Source: Faecalibacterium prausnitzii
GTDB lineage: Bacteria > Bacillota > Clostridia > Oscillospirales > Acutalibacteraceae
Assembly: GCA_963612725.1 (NCBI GenBank)
Contig: CAVDWM010000005.1
Location: forward strand, 16,363 to 80,362
Length of the DNA: 64,000 bases
Direction of reading: 5' to 3'
Part shown: positions 35,867 to 48,872 of the stretch, piece after piece
Numbering within the stretch: position 1 is the first letter of the stretch
Layout of the letters: every line of letters begins with the position of its first letter
Translations under genes and position numbers: made by a program
The notes under the pieces: model-generated
The model's database searches: none
What the model was told of the DNA's origin: nothing
Seen by the model: the letters and a program-made list of their open reading frames with translations, nothing else

Positions 35867-36484
35867 TCAGTAGAGAGGATTTATCCATCCGTTGGATATC
35901 ATATAAAAGGCGAGGTCAACCGACTTTGCAAAGCCGGTTTTTGCGAGCATATTCTTCTTATGATATTTCACCGTGTCCTCGCTGATATACAGCTCGCCCG
36001 CTATCTCCTTATTTGTCATGTGCTTGCACATCAGGCGCAATATCTCCATCTCGCGCTCGGTCAGCGGCGCCTCGCCGCGGGGCATGGGAATGGTCTTCGG
36101 CTCCGGGAAGCATCCGCCGCCCGCCATGACCTCCCGTGCGGTCTGCTCAAATTCCGAGAGACTGCGGCTTTTATATATGAACGCATGTGCTCCCGCCTCC
36201 CTTGCCCGCGGGGCATAGGATATCTCGTCGAAGGCGGTCATAACTATGACCTTTATGTCGGGGAAGGCATCGCGCACCTCCTTTGTCGCCCGCAGTCCGG
36301 ACGCGCCGCCCTCGGTGCACACATCCATAAAAACTATATCCGGCTCAAGCTCGCCGCACATTTTGACCGCGTGATCCGCGCTCGAAATCCCTCCGACAAC
36401 GCAGAAGTCCCCGCTCGCGTCAAACAGACGCTCAAGGGATTCGCGCATTGATTCGTGATCGTCAACAACCAGCACTCTGGTCAC
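35867..36484 (-). CDS. Response regulator, NarL/LuxR family (REC + HTH_LuxR)
   Basis: VLVVDDH...D54-like (FMDV) ...KVIVMTA, with C-terminal LTEREMEILRLMCKHMTNKEIAGELYISEDTVKYH. Confidence 0.85.
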   Translation of the reverse strand: MTRVLVVDDHESMRESLERLFDASGDFCVVGGISSADHAVKMCGELEPDIVFMDVCTEGGASGLRATKEVRDAFPDIKVIVMTAFDEISYAPRAREAGAHAFIYKSRSLSEFEQTAREVMAGGGCFPEPKTIPMPRGEAPLTEREMEILRLMCKHMTNKEIAGELYISEDTVKYHKKNMLAKTGFAKSVDLAFYMISNGWINPLY

Positions 36485-37917
36485 AGAGCTTCACCTCCTG
36501 GAATATAAACCGAAAGTATAAAACGCGGCGTTGCTTCGACAGTCACCCTGCCGTCAAAAAAACCGACCTTTTTGCGTATCGTTCCGAGTCCGCCGCCCTC
36601 GGTGAAATCGGGCTTCGGCGGAATACCGTTGTCGGTTATCCGCATCGAAAAATCTCCGCCGCGCCGTTCAAGACATATGTAAATTTCCGACGCAAGCCCG
36701 TGGCGCACGGAATTGGTCACAGCCTCGGTTATTATATCCATACCGAGCCACGCATGGTTTTCGTTTGACGGCAGTCTGCCCTCAACGCAGAGCTTCACGC
36801 CTATCTCCTTCATCAGTGCGCGCAGAGTATCCAGCCTGTCCTCCGCCGTGACTACGGGTTCGCGTTCGCTGAGCTCGTCGGGGAGGTCGGAGGCGAATTT
36901 GCGTATAAGCTCCTCGTCCGGCTCCTTACCCTCACGCAGGCTGCGGAAAAGCAGCGCGAGTCGCTGACCCAACACATCATGGAAGCGGCTGCGTATTTTC
37001 AGCATCTCCTCCTCGCGGCAGAGATAGCGGATATCCGATATCATCCTCTGGAGCTCAAGTCCCCTGCTCTGCAGCATCCTGCGCTGTTCGTTGAGCTCGT
37101 TCGTCAGCCTCCACTGCGCCGTAATATCCGCGGCGGAGACCTGAGTGAAGTGCTTTGAGTCAACGTCAATTCCGCACTTTGCAAAAAGCCACACCCTGCC
37201 GTCCGGAAGAACAAAGACCGGTTTTTCGCCGATATACGCCTCCGCGCTTCCGTTGAGGACATCGCCCCGCACGAGACGCTCGTAAAACTCCTTACCGTCG
37301 CGGCAGACCTCGCCGCAAAGCGCCTTCATAAGCCGCTGCATTCTGTTGTTGACGAGCAGGATATTGCCGTCCCGTTCGCAGAAAAGAATGCCCGAATGAA
37401 GCTCATCGACCGCAAGCTTCACCGAATCGCGGGAGAGCTCGTTTCTGATATCTCTTCGGCAAACCGCCATAAGATGCACGGCGCGGACGATAAGCAGCAC
37501 CTCCGCAGCGGCAAAGAGCACCGCGACCGCCGCATACGGCAAACGCTCGACAAACGGCAGCGTCACCGCCGAAACCGCCGCGCACAGCAAGGGGTCGAAC
37601 ACGCGGCAAAATATTATAACGGCGGCGCACGACGCCGCAACCGCCGCAAAAGCAATGCATCTTAAAGCAACATACTCGCTGCCGGCGGGCAAAAGCTCGG
37701 CGGCGTTGAGCTGAACACGCGAAATAAGCATGAGCATAACTATGCTCTGAGCGGTGACGGCAATCTGAGAAATATATGACACGGTGTGCCGCTTATCTTT
37801 TTTCGTGCTGCGGATGACCATATAGACGAGCGCACCGGTCTGAACGCCGACGCAGGCTATCGACAGCATACAGACAAGCACCCTGACTTTTTCGGGAAGA
37901 AAATAGAAGGATGTCAT
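36481..37917 (-). CDS. Sensor histidine kinase (multi-TM, HisKA_3 + HATPase_c)
   Basis: H-box FHDVLGQRLALL (HisKA_3), 6 N-terminal TM segments, and C-terminal ATPase motifs (ITEAVTNSVRHG...DNGIPP...GGGLG). Its stop overlaps the RR start. Confidence 0.8.
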   Translation of the reverse strand: MTSFYFLPEKVRVLVCMLSIACVGVQTGALVYMVIRSTKKDKRHTVSYISQIAVTAQSIVMLMLISRVQLNAAELLPAGSEYVALRCIAFAAVAASCAAVIIFCRVFDPLLCAAVSAVTLPFVERLPYAAVAVLFAAAEVLLIVRAVHLMAVCRRDIRNELSRDSVKLAVDELHSGILFCERDGNILLVNNRMQRLMKALCGEVCRDGKEFYERLVRGDVLNGSAEAYIGEKPVFVLPDGRVWLFAKCGIDVDSKHFTQVSAADITAQWRLTNELNEQRRMLQSRGLELQRMISDIRYLCREEEMLKIRSRFHDVLGQRLALLFRSLREGKEPDEELIRKFASDLPDELSEREPVVTAEDRLDTLRALMKEIGVKLCVEGRLPSNENHAWLGMDIITEAVTNSVRHGLASEIYICLERRGGDFSMRITDNGIPPKPDFTEGGGLGTIRKKVGFFDGRVTVEATPRFILSVYIPGGEAL

Positions 37918-40322
37918 AACTTATCCCCTCCCGGCACGCGCAGGCTCAGTCCCGCAGTTTCATCAAGGTCCTTGACGGATACCGACCCGCCGATGCCCCT
38001 TATCGCTTCGCTTAGCTCGTCGCTCACGCTCCTGCCGTCAAAGGAGGACGGGAGCAGCCGCATCTCTATCGCCCCGTCGGCTTCGACAAGCTGTTCGAGA
38101 ACGGTGCCGTCCTCCCCTGTGCACGCGTCTATCACAAAATAGAAAAAGTCGTACATAACGCTGCCGCATCTGGGAGACACCTCGCCCTTTGCGGTGCACA
38201 CCGTGCTCACTCTGATATCGGCATATGACGCAAATTCGGACAGCTCGTCTATGTACACGGCAAGCTCCTCTATCGGCATACCGCCGCCCTCCTGTTCCTT
38301 GAAGAACAGGCTGCACCTGCGTTTGATATAGCACATCAGCAGAGTTATCAGCGCGATATCCCTCTGCTTGTTTTTCGAGCGTTCGAGCCCGTCTATCATA
38401 TCGTTCATGCGGTCAAGGTGCCGCTCCATTTCCGCGTTGAGCAGCCCCATAAGACGGACATTTTCCTCGGCTGCGGCGAGCCTGTACCGGCTCTCGCGCT
38501 CCGCGACAAGGAGCTTGTTTGCCGATGTCAGCCTGACGACATTCTCCCGTATCTCCTCCTGCATTCTTAGAATTTCGGAGATGTCCTCCTGCCACACGAC
38601 CATGCCCCCCGGTATACCGTCGGCATAAAGCAGGGTGTCCGTGTGCTGGAGCAGAGGATGGTCTATATCGTCTCTGAGCTTCTCCCAGTCGTCACGCGGT
38701 ATCGGAACCGCGCCGGCAGAGCTGAGCCTCACCTCGCCGTATGAGTCAATTATCTGCATTCCGAGCGGCGAATTTGAGAAAATCATATCATACTTCTTGT
38801 TGACCGGAACAAGCCCCGTCCTCATCGCAAGCTCCGCAAACAGCAGCACGAAAACGCAGGAGACTGTCGTTATGTCGCTGTCCCGCGCAACGGGCACCTC
38901 TGCGGCATATGCCACACAATAGGCGAGGAGCAGCAGCTCGCTGAGTATCGGCAGGATAAGCCTTGTGCGGTTGAAGCCGCGCATGGCTTTTCTGATAAGT
39001 ATGGCGGTAGACATGAGCACCTGCGACGCCGCAAATGCAAAAATCAAATAATAGCCGATGTTGTAGCTGTAGCTTCCGTCCCAGTTATTCAGGTCTCCGA
39101 GCCTGAACACCATGCCGTGAAGGTCGTTTGTAAACACCATAAGCAGCAGCGCGACATATACGGCAAAGCAGCCGCATACGAAAGATTCGCGGCGCTTCGT
39201 GCGTTCGGGGAAATCGATGAGCATGGACAGCGGCAGCATCAGAAGCGGCAAGCCCATCATAAAGATATAGTAGGCATACCACAGGTATCGCCCCAAAACA
39301 GGGTTACTCTCCGTCTGATACTTCAGCACGCACACGAGCATCCACGCTATCACCATGCCGCTGAACGCACGAACCATCGCCCTGATATCGCTGCGGCGAA
39401 CGCGGCGAAGGGCACAGCCCATCCATATGACCGCGCCCATTATGACCGCAGCCGCCATAATCTTGTGTTCAAACGATTCCGAGGCGGAATAGAGTCGCGT
39501 TCTGAAAACCCGGCGTTTAAAAATACTGATAAAATTCCTTGTCTGCCTTGCAAACTGTTCGGCGTCCCCGACCCTTTCGGCGCGAGCATAGTCGGACAAG
39601 GACGGATATCCCTCCGCTTCGGTCTTGTCTGCACGCAGACCCGCTGCGGCGACGAGCTCCGCCGTGTCGGGCGAAAAATTCATCCCGCGTTCGGACACGA
39701 CGCCGACTCCGTAGAGCAGCGTTCCCTCGGCAGGGACGATGATTTCTATATTTTTTCCCTCGCTCTTCATACGGACGGCCTGATAATCCCAGCAGATATT
39801 GACGGGGGAATCCGTCCCGAGGGCAAGCCTTCCGTCCCTTTCAAGGGAAGCGAGTAAATCGACCGCCGTCTTTGACATATAGGATTTTTCGAGCCCGTAA
39901 GACACGGCGGCAAAAAGCATCCTCTCGTTCTCGGGCGAAAAGCCCACCGGGCAGGATATATTTTCAAGGTCGCGCCAGCCGTTTATTTCGCCGTCAAACC
40001 GAGAGCGGTCAACGGCAATGACTGCGGCGACGGCAAAATGCTCATACCAGTTTTCGGCAAGCCCCGCATCGACGGCGGCGCGAGCCTGAACATCGAATGC
40101 GGCAAACGCCTTCTTTCCGTCTCCGTCAAAGGAGAGCTGCGAATCGAGACCGTTGCCGTCGTCAAAGGTGCAATCCTGCGCGATATTACGAAGCAGCTGC
40201 GTATATATCGGGTTCACGCTTCGGGAAAAGACGACCCTTTCCCCCTGCTCGGCGCTGCATGAGCAAAAGCAAAAAACGGCGGCAAAAAGCAAGAGCACAG
40301 CGGCTGTTATCCTGCCCTTGTG
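37914..40322 (-). CDS. Atypical sensor protein: lipoprotein-like SBP-type extracellular domain + about 7 TM + coiled-coil and a degenerate kinase-like C-terminus
   Basis: Signal/lipobox (LLLFAAVFCFCSCS), an extracellular domain of about 270 aa, a 7-TM block, then a coiled coil (LRMQEEIRENVVRLTSANKLL...). No canonical HisKA H-box was found. Its stop overlaps the HK start (ATGA). Confidence 0.5.
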   Translation of the reverse strand, partial: HKGRITAAVLLLFAAVFCFCSCSAEQGERVVFSRSVNPIYTQLLRNIAQDCTFDDGNGLDSQLSFDGDGKKAFAAFDVQARAAVDAGLAENWYEHFAVAAVIAVDRSRFDGEINGWRDLENISCPVGFSPENERMLFAAVSYGLEKSYMSKTAVDLLASLERDGRLALGTDSPVNICWDYQAVRMKSEGKNIEIIVPAEGTLLYGVGVVSERGMNFSPDTAELVAAAGLRADKTEAEGYPSLSDYARAERVGDAEQFARQTRNFISIFKRRVFRTRLYSASESFEHKIMAAAVIMGAVIWMGCALRRVRRSDIRAMVRAFSGMVIAWMLVCVLKYQTESNPVLGRYLWYAYYIFMMGLPLLMLPLSMLIDFPERTKRRESFVCGCFAVYVALLLMVFTNDLHGMVFRLGDLNNWDGSYSYNIGYYLIFAFAASQVLMSTAILIRKAMRGFNRTRLILPILSELLLLAYCVAYAAEVPVARDSDITTVSCVFVLLFAELAMRTGLVPVNKKYDMIFSNSPLGMQIIDSYGEVRLSSAGAVPIPRDDWEKLRDDIDHPLLQHTDTLLYADGIPGGMVVWQEDISEILRMQEEIRENVVRLTSANKLLVAERESRYRLAAAEENVRLMGLLNAEMERHLDRMNDMIDGLERSKNKQRDIALITLLMCYIKRRCSLFFKEQEGGGMPIEELAVYIDELSEFASYADIRVSTVCTAKGEVSPRCGSVMYDFFYFVIDACTGEDGTVLEQLVEADGAIEMRLLPSSFDGRSVSDELSEAIRGIGGSVSVKDLDETAGLSLRVPGGDKL

Positions 40323-40526
40323 CATCTGCCTCACCTCCGTTTCCCCGCCGAAGCGCAAAATCACGACATCATATGCTTATTCTATTATATTACACCCTAC
40401 GGCTTATTTCAACAGCCTTCTGTTTTGCAAAATTCACATTAAATTACAAAAGGGACCGGGCATTCAGATGCAGAATTGATCTGCGCTGAATGCCTCAGCC
40501 CCTGAGAGCAATGCTCCGTAATATAA

Positions 40527-43500
40527 TCAGTTCTCTCCGTCGCCGTTTATGGTCGATATCTCGGGGGTTATCTCCTCAAGAACATCGAGGACTATCTTCA
40601 CGGTGTCGAGGGAGGTAAATATCGTCACTCCGTTCTGGACTGCACAGCGGCGTATCTCAACGCCGTCCTCAAAGTGGACGCCGGAGAGAATGGCGCGTGT
40701 ATTTATAACATAGCTGACATACCCCGCACGGATGGAATCGAGAATCTCGGTGCTGCCCTCGCTGAGCTTGCCGCGCACGCGGGTGCGTATGCCGTGCTTC
40801 TTGAGGAACGCTGCGGTTCCGGCGGTCGCCTCGATATTGAAGCCGAGATGATAGAAGTGCTTGACGAGCGGCAGAGCCTCCTCCTTGTCCTCATCGGCAA
40901 GGGTGACTATTACCGTACCGTATTCCTTCATCTTGACTCCGGACGCCTGGAGAGCCTTGTATAGCGCACGGTTCAGCCGCTTGTCGTAGCCTATCGCTTC
41001 GCCTGTAGATTTCATCTCGGGCGAAAGATATGCGTCCATGCCGGTCAGCTTCTCGAAGGAGAACGCCGGCGCTTTGACATACCAACGCTTGCCGTCGGGC
41101 AGGCGCATATCGGTAATGCCCTGCTCCCGCAGGCTCTGTCCGAGCATGACCTTTGTCGCGATGCGGACGAGGTTGCAGTCGGTGGACTTTGAGAGGAACG
41201 GCACGCTTCGCGAGGCGCGGGGATTGACCTCGATAACATAGACGCTCTCGTCGCTGTCAACAATAAACTGAATATTGAACAGACCGACTATGCCTATGCC
41301 GAGTCCGAGCTTTGCGGTGTATTCGGCTATCGTGTCTCTGACCTTCTGGGAAATCGAGAACGGCGGGTAGACGCTCGTGCTGTCGCCGGAGTGGACGCCG
41401 GTGCGCTCGACGAGCTCCATTATGCCGGGGATGAACACCTCACTGCCGTCGCAGATGGCATCGACCTCAACCTCCTTGCCCATGAGATATTTGTCAATAA
41501 GCACGGGCTTATCCTCATCGACCTCAACGGCGCTCTTGAGGTATTTTCTGAGCATGGTCTCATTTGCGACTATCTCCATCGCCCTGCCGCCGAGCACGAA
41601 GCTCGGACGCACAAGAACGGGGTAGCCTATGCGTGCGGCAACCGCCGCGCCGGTCTCGATATCCGTGACAGCCTCGCCCTTCGGGTTCGGGATGCCGAGG
41701 GATTTTATAACGGCATCAAAAGCGTCTCTGTTTTCGGCGCGTTCGATAGCGTCGCAGTCCGTGCCGATTATCTTCACTCCGCGCCTTGCGAGCGGAGCGG
41801 CAAGGTTGACGGCGGTCTGACCGCCGAGAGTGACTATAACGCCCTCCGGATTTTCGAGATGGACTATATTCATGACATCCTCTGTCGTCAGCGGCTCGAA
41901 ATAGAGCTTGTCGGCAGTGGTGTAGTCGGTCGAAACAGTCTCTGGGTTGTTGTTTATAACTATCGCCTCATAGCCGAGCTGCTGGATGGCATGGACGGCG
42001 TGGACGGTCGAATAGTCGAACTCAACGCCCTGTCCTATGCGGATGGGCCCCGAGCCTAAGACTATTATCTTCTTTTTGTCCGACACAACGGACTCGTTCT
42101 CGCTCGCGTAGGTCGAGTAGAAATAGGGCACATAGCTGTCGAACTCGCTCGCGCAGGTGTCGATCATCTTGTATGTCGGGAAGATATCCTCTTTGCATCT
42201 GCGCTCATATATGCTGTCCTCGCTCTCCTTCCAGAGCTCGGCGATATACGAATCGGAGAAGCCGAGACGCTTTGCCTCGCGCAGAAGAATATCGGAGTCG
42301 GGGTTCGCCTCCATCTCCTTCTCGAAATCGACTATCTTCTTTATTTTATCAAGGAAGAACATATCTATATGCGTTATGTCGCAGATGAGCGACGGGTCAA
42401 CGCCCATCCACATCAGCTGGGATATTGCATAGAGGCGGTCGTCCGTGCCCTCCTTGATATATTCGAGCAGCTCGTCAACGCTCATATGCGCCGAGTCGAA
42501 CTTCTCCATATGCAGGTGGTTCTTGCTCTCCTCGAGCGAGCGTATCGCCTTGAGCAGGCTCTCCTCAAATGTACGCCCGACGCTCATGACCTCGCCGGTC
42601 GCCTTCATCTGGGTCGAGAGCGTGTTGTGCGCGGCGGGGAACTTGTCGAACGGGAAGCGCGGCATCTTGGTCACAACATAGTCGAGCGACGGCTCGAAGC
42701 AGGCGGGGGTATTCGCAAGCTGTATCTCATGCAGATCCATGCCGACCGCTATCTTCGCCGAGACGCGCGCTATCGGATATCCGCTCGCCTTTGAAGCGAG
42801 GGCTGACGAGCGCGAAACTCTGGGGTTGACCTCGATGACATAGTAGCGGAACGAGTGGGGATCGAGCGCGAACTGAACGTTGCAGCCGCCCTTTACGCCG
42901 AGGGCGCGGATTATCCTGAGCGCGGAATCCCTGAGCATGTGATATTCCTTGTTCGTGAGCGTCTGGCTGGGCGCGACGACAATCGAGTCGCCGGTGTGGA
43001 TGCCTACGGGGTCGAGATTTTCCATATTACAAACGGTGATTGCGGTGTCGTTCGCGTCGCGTATCACCTCGTATTCTATCTCCTTGTAGCCCTTTATGCT
43101 CTTTTCAACGAGCACCTGGTGCACGGGCGAAAGCGCAAGCGCATTCTTCATCATGTCGCGCATCTCATCGGGGTCATAGGCGAAGCCGCCGCCCGTTCCG
43201 CCGAGCGTGAACGCGGGGCGCAGGATAACGGGATAGCCTATCTTTTCCGCCGCCTCAAGACCCTCCTCAATGCTGTAGGTTATCTGTGAGGGTACTATCG
43301 GCTCGCCGATGCTCTCGCAGAGCTCCTTGAAGAGCTCTCTGTCCTCGGCGCGCTCTATGCTGTCGGCATCCGTGCCGAGCAGCTCTATCTCGCACTCCCT
43401 GAGAACGCCCTTCTTTGCAAGCTGCATTGCGAGGTTGAGTCCCGTCTGACCGCCGATGCCGGGTACTATCGCGTCCGGTCGCTCATAGCGGCAGATACGC

Positions 43501-43724
43501 GCAAGATATTCGAGCGTCAGCGGCTCCATATAGACCTTATCGGCTATGGTGGTGTCGGTCATTATCGTCGCGGGGTTCGAGTTTGCAAGGACGACCTCGT
43601 AGCCCTCCTCACGCAGCGCGAGGCACGCCTGAGTTCCCGCATAGTCGAACTCGGCGGCCTGTCCGATGACGATGGGACCGGAGCCGATAACGAGCACCTT
43701 TTTTATATCAGTTCTCTTAGGCAC
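40527..43724 (-). CDS. carB: Carbamoyl-phosphate synthase large subunit
   Basis: 1065 aa with duplicated ATP-grasp halves and an MGS-like C-terminus. N-terminus [30 protein letters not shown]. Confidence 0.95.
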   Translation of the reverse strand: MPKRTDIKKVLVIGSGPIVIGQAAEFDYAGTQACLALREEGYEVVLANSNPATIMTDTTIADKVYMEPLTLEYLARICRYERPDAIVPGIGGQTGLNLAMQLAKKGVLRECEIELLGTDADSIERAEDRELFKELCESIGEPIVPSQITYSIEEGLEAAEKIGYPVILRPAFTLGGTGGGFAYDPDEMRDMMKNALALSPVHQVLVEKSIKGYKEIEYEVIRDANDTAITVCNMENLDPVGIHTGDSIVVAPSQTLTNKEYHMLRDSALRIIRALGVKGGCNVQFALDPHSFRYYVIEVNPRVSRSSALASKASGYPIARVSAKIAVGMDLHEIQLANTPACFEPSLDYVVTKMPRFPFDKFPAAHNTLSTQMKATGEVMSVGRTFEESLLKAIRSLEESKNHLHMEKFDSAHMSVDELLEYIKEGTDDRLYAISQLMWMGVDPSLICDITHIDMFFLDKIKKIVDFEKEMEANPDSDILLREAKRLGFSDSYIAELWKESEDSIYERRCKEDIFPTYKMIDTCASEFDSYVPYFYSTYASENESVVSDKKKIIVLGSGPIRIGQGVEFDYSTVHAVHAIQQLGYEAIVINNNPETVSTDYTTADKLYFEPLTTEDVMNIVHLENPEGVIVTLGGQTAVNLAAPLARRGVKIIGTDCDAIERAENRDAFDAVIKSLGIPNPKGEAVTDIETGAAVAARIGYPVLVRPSFVLGGRAMEIVANETMLRKYLKSAVEVDEDKPVLIDKYLMGKEVEVDAICDGSEVFIPGIMELVERTGVHSGDSTSVYPPFSISQKVRDTIAEYTAKLGLGIGIVGLFNIQFIVDSDESVYVIEVNPRASRSVPFLSKSTDCNLVRIATKVMLGQSLREQGITDMRLPDGKRWYVKAPAFSFEKLTGMDAYLSPEMKSTGEAIGYDKRLNRALYKALQASGVKMKEYGTVIVTLADEDKEEALPLVKHFYHLGFNIEATAGTAAFLKKHGIRTRVRGKLSEGSTEILDSIRAGYVSYVINTRAILSGVHFEDGVEIRRCAVQNGVTIFTSLDTVKIVLDVLEEITPEISTINGDGEN

Positions 43725-44811
43725 GCTCCTTCGCCTCCTTCATATAGTCGATAAACTGACCGAACAGATAGCTGCTGTCCTGCGGACCCGGCGCACTCTC
43801 CGGGTGATACTGCACACTGAAAACGAGGTCTTTTTTGCATCTGACTCCCTCGACGGTGTTGTCGAGAAGATTTATGTGCGTGACCTCAAGGTCCGTCCCC
43901 TCGACCGTTTTCGGGTCAACGGCGTAGCTGTGGTTCTGCGAGGTTATCTCTATCTTATCGGTATCGAGGTTCATGACCGGATGGTTTCCGCCGCGATGAC
44001 CGAACTTGAGCTTATATGTCTTTGCACCGTAGGCGAGGGATATCATCTGATGTCCGAGGCAGATGCCGAAAATCGGATACTTGCCGCGAAGCTCCCTGAC
44101 CGTATTTATGACCGGCGTCACATCCTCGGGGTCGCCGGGGCCGTTCGAGAGAAACACACCGTCCGGCTTCATGAACTCTATCTCCCGAGCCGGCGTGTCA
44201 TAGGGCACGACAACTACATTGCAGCCGAACTTGTTGAGGCTGCGCACGATATTGAGCTTCATGCCGCAGTCTATCGCGACGACATTGAACTGCGGGTTCG
44301 AGGTGCGCGAATACCAGCGCTTTTTGCAGCTGACGCGGCTGACCGCATCGTGAGCGACTGGGGTATTTTTGATTATCTCCACCGCGACCTCAGCCGGTAT
44401 GTCGGGCGAGGTTATGAGCACGCGGCGCGAGCCCAAATCGCGTATGCTGCGCGTGAGCTTTCTCGTGTCAACGCCGGAGATGCCGGGGATGCCGTTCTCC
44501 TCGAGCAGCTCGGAGAGCGTCTTTGTGTATCTGAAGTTCGAGGGCATATCGTTATAGTCATATACGATAAGACCGCCGATGCTCGGGTTTTTGCACTCAA
44601 AATCGTCGTCGGTTATGCCGTAGTTTCCTATGAGCGGATATGTCATAACGACCATCTGATCGGTATACGACGGGTCGGAGACTATCTCCTGATAGCCGAC
44701 CATCGAGGTGTTGAAAACTATCTCGCACACCCTGTCGGTATCGCTGCCGAAGCCGTATCCGTAGTACTCGCTGCCGTCCTCAAGGACGATCTTGCGGTCT
44801 GTGAGTCTCAT
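43717..44811 (-). CDS. carA: Carbamoyl-phosphate synthase small subunit (glutamine amidotransferase)
   Basis: N-terminus [22 protein letters not shown]. GATase catalytic triad context (GICLGHQ). It overlaps the carB start. Confidence 0.9.
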   Translation of the reverse strand: MRLTDRKIVLEDGSEYYGYGFGSDTDRVCEIVFNTSMVGYQEIVSDPSYTDQMVVMTYPLIGNYGITDDDFECKNPSIGGLIVYDYNDMPSNFRYTKTLSELLEENGIPGISGVDTRKLTRSIRDLGSRRVLITSPDIPAEVAVEIIKNTPVAHDAVSRVSCKKRWYSRTSNPQFNVVAIDCGMKLNIVRSLNKFGCNVVVVPYDTPAREIEFMKPDGVFLSNGPGDPEDVTPVINTVRELRGKYPIFGICLGHQMISLAYGAKTYKLKFGHRGGNHPVMNLDTDKIEITSQNHSYAVDPKTVEGTDLEVTHINLLDNTVEGVRCKKDLVFSVQYHPESAPGPQDSSYLFGQFIDYMKEAKERA

Positions 44812-44835
44812 TTAAAAATACACTCCTTGAATTTA

Positions 44836-45537
44836 TCAGATCGAGCTCTGAAGTCTCGCCAGAACATCTCTGTAGCCGCCGAGAACATCGCCGAGATCGC
44901 GGCGGAATCTGTCCTTATCGAGCTTCTTATCCGTCTCCATATCCCACAGACGGCAGGAATCGGGGGATATCTCATCGCACAGGACAAGTCCGTCGTCGGT
45001 GCGCCCGAACTCAAGCTTGAAATCGACAAGGCGCACGCCGCCCCTTGCGAACAGCTCGGTCATCAGCTCGTTTATGCGCTTTGCCATGGCTCTGAGCTCG
45101 TCAAGCTCCTCCTGCGTTGCAAGACCGATGGCGGTTATCTGGCTGTCGTTTATCATCGGATCGCCGAGCTCGTCGCTCTTGTAGCTGAACTCAACGACCG
45201 TATTCTTCAGCGGCGAGCCCTCCGGCACGCCGTATTTCTTTGAAAAGCTTCCTGCTGCGATATTTCTGACTATAACCTCGACCATGACGATCTCAGCCTT
45301 CTTTGCGAGAACCGTGGTCTCGTCGATGACCTTGAGAAGATGGGTCTTGACTCCGTTTTTCATAAGGTAATCAAAGATGATATTGGAGATAGCCGCGTTG
45401 AGCTTTCCTTTTCCGGGCAGATCCTCCTTCTTGACGCCGTTGCCGGCGGTGGCGGTGTCCTTGTACTTGATGATGCAGGTACCGGGCTCCTCCGAACTGT
45501 AAACGACCTTGCTCTTGCCTTCATACAACTTTTCCAT
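44836..45537 (-). CDS. purC: Phosphoribosylaminoimidazole-succinocarboxamide synthase
   Basis: N-terminus LYEGKSKVVY...; SAICAR synthetase family, 233 aa. Confidence 0.9.
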   Translation of the reverse strand: MEKLYEGKSKVVYSSEEPGTCIIKYKDTATAGNGVKKEDLPGKGKLNAAISNIIFDYLMKNGVKTHLLKVIDETTVLAKKAEIVMVEVIVRNIAAGSFSKKYGVPEGSPLKNTVVEFSYKSDELGDPMINDSQITAIGLATQEELDELRAMAKRINELMTELFARGGVRLVDFKLEFGRTDDGLVLCDEISPDSCRLWDMETDKKLDKDRFRRDLGDVLGGYRDVLARLQSSI

Positions 45538-45570
45538 ACCGCAGTTTCCTTTCGCTTTTCGTATTTTTAT

Positions 45571-47001
45571 TTATTTGCTCCGCTCGGAGAGCTTCCCCTC
45601 AAAGCGGTCCTTGGTGATGTTTTCCGGAACGGGTGTCGGATAAGCTCCGTTGAAGCAGGCGCTGCAAAAGTCCTTGCTGCCTATCAGGTTTTCAAGCTCC
45701 GACTCCGGCAGATACCCGAGAGAATCCGCGCCGATTATATCCGCTATTTTCTCCACGGAATAATGACATGCGATAAGATTCTCACGCGAATCGATATCCG
45801 TGCCGTAGTAGCAGGGATGCATGAACGGCGGCGAGGAGATGCGCATATGCACCTCTTTTGCCCCCGCCTCGCGCAGGAGGTTGACTATCTGACGGCTTGT
45901 CGTGCCGCGCACTATCGAGTCGTCTATGAGAACTATTCTCTTGTCCTTCACGGATTCGCTTATCGCGCTGAGCTTTATTCTCACCTGGTCTATCCTCTTG
46001 TCCTGACCGGGCGAGATGAAGGTTCTGCCGATGTATTTGTTCTTTATAAAGCCGATTCCGTAGGGTATCCCCGAAGCCTCGGCGTAGCCCAGCGCGGCGT
46101 CTATTCCCGAATCCGGAACGCCCATGACGACATCCGCCCTGACGGGATGTATCCTCGAAAGTATCGCTCCTGCGTTTCTGCGCGCCGCGTGAACCGACAC
46201 GCCGTCAATGACGGAATCCGGTCTTGCGAAATAGATATATTCAAAAATGCATGAGCGCTTCGGCTTTTTTCCGCAGTGATCCCTGTTCGAGCGCACGCCG
46301 TTTTCGTCGAAGACAAGTATCTCGCCGGGGAGTACATCGCGCTCGAATTTTGCGCCGACGGCGGAGAGCGCACAGCTCTCGGACGCGACGACATATGTGC
46401 CGTCCGGCGTTTTACCGTAGCACAGCGGACGGAAGCCGTAGGGGTCGCGTGCCGCGAGCAGCTTTGCGGCGGACATGAGCACGAGGGAATACGCGCCCTC
46501 AAGCCTGTTCATCGCACTGCTCAGCGCATTTTCTATCGAAGGACTGTTGAGGCGCGCCTGCGTGACGATATAGGCGATTATCTCGGTGTCGCTCGTCGTG
46601 TGGAAGATAGCACCGCCGAGCTCAAGCTCGCTGCGCAATTCATAGGCGTTGCTCAGGTTTCCGTTGTGGGCAAGCGCCATCTTGCCCTTCTGGTGATTGA
46701 CCTCGATGGGCTGGCAGTTTGCTCTGCTGTTGCCGCCGGTCGTGCCGTAGCGTGCGTGGGCGACAGCCATCCTGCCCTGCGGGAGCTTCATCAGGTCGTC
46801 GCGGGAAAAGACCTCGTTGACGAGTCCTATATCCTTGCGCGAAGCAAAGACTCCGTCGTCGTTGACGACTATGCCGCAGCTCTCCTGCCCCCTGTGCTGC
46901 AGAGCGTAGAGCCCGTAATAGGCGAGCTCTGCCACCGAACCGGACTTGGGTGAATAGATTCCGAAAACGCCGCACTCCTCATGCAAGTTTGCCATAGACA
47001 T
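45571..47001 (-). CDS. purF: Amidophosphoribosyltransferase
   Basis: N-terminal CGVFGI (Ntn Cys) and a PRTase domain, 476 aa. Confidence 0.9.
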   Translation of the reverse strand: MSMANLHEECGVFGIYSPKSGSVAELAYYGLYALQHRGQESCGIVVNDDGVFASRKDIGLVNEVFSRDDLMKLPQGRMAVAHARYGTTGGNSRANCQPIEVNHQKGKMALAHNGNLSNAYELRSELELGGAIFHTTSDTEIIAYIVTQARLNSPSIENALSSAMNRLEGAYSLVLMSAAKLLAARDPYGFRPLCYGKTPDGTYVVASESCALSAVGAKFERDVLPGEILVFDENGVRSNRDHCGKKPKRSCIFEYIYFARPDSVIDGVSVHAARRNAGAILSRIHPVRADVVMGVPDSGIDAALGYAEASGIPYGIGFIKNKYIGRTFISPGQDKRIDQVRIKLSAISESVKDKRIVLIDDSIVRGTTSRQIVNLLREAGAKEVHMRISSPPFMHPCYYGTDIDSRENLIACHYSVEKIADIIGADSLGYLPESELENLIGSKDFCSACFNGAYPTPVPENITKDRFEGKLSERSK

Positions 47002-48681
<1,680 letters not shown>

Positions 48682-48808
48682 TTATAACACACCTTCCCTG
48701 CCGACTTCTACAGTATTCTGTACTAAAAGCGGGTGCTTTGAAGCCGAAAAATATGACAATGCGGTCAACTGCCCTCAAAAACCGATAAAAGGCGGAGCTG
48801 TCGGTTTT

Positions 48809-48872
48809 CAAAAAAACAAAAGCAAAGGCGTTCACCCGCGGGGGCACTTCCCCAAGGGAATGAACGCCTTTG
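48809..48872 (-). terminator. Intrinsic-terminator-like 12-bp hairpin (CAAAGGCGTTCA...TGAACGCCTTTG) followed by a U-tract on the minus strand, about 200 nt upstream of pyrG
   Basis: Read directly. The T-run is on the minus-strand side only (CTTTTGTTTTTTTG). Confidence 0.45.

Noticed and set aside
34816-36451. Plus-strand ORFs (293 aa, 239 aa)
   Set aside because: Antisense to the 5'-nucleotidase and response-regulator genes.
43666-45243. 525-aa plus-strand ORF
   Set aside because: It is antisense to carA/carB/purC, which have unmistakable conserved sequences. High-GC genomes produce long antisense ORFs.
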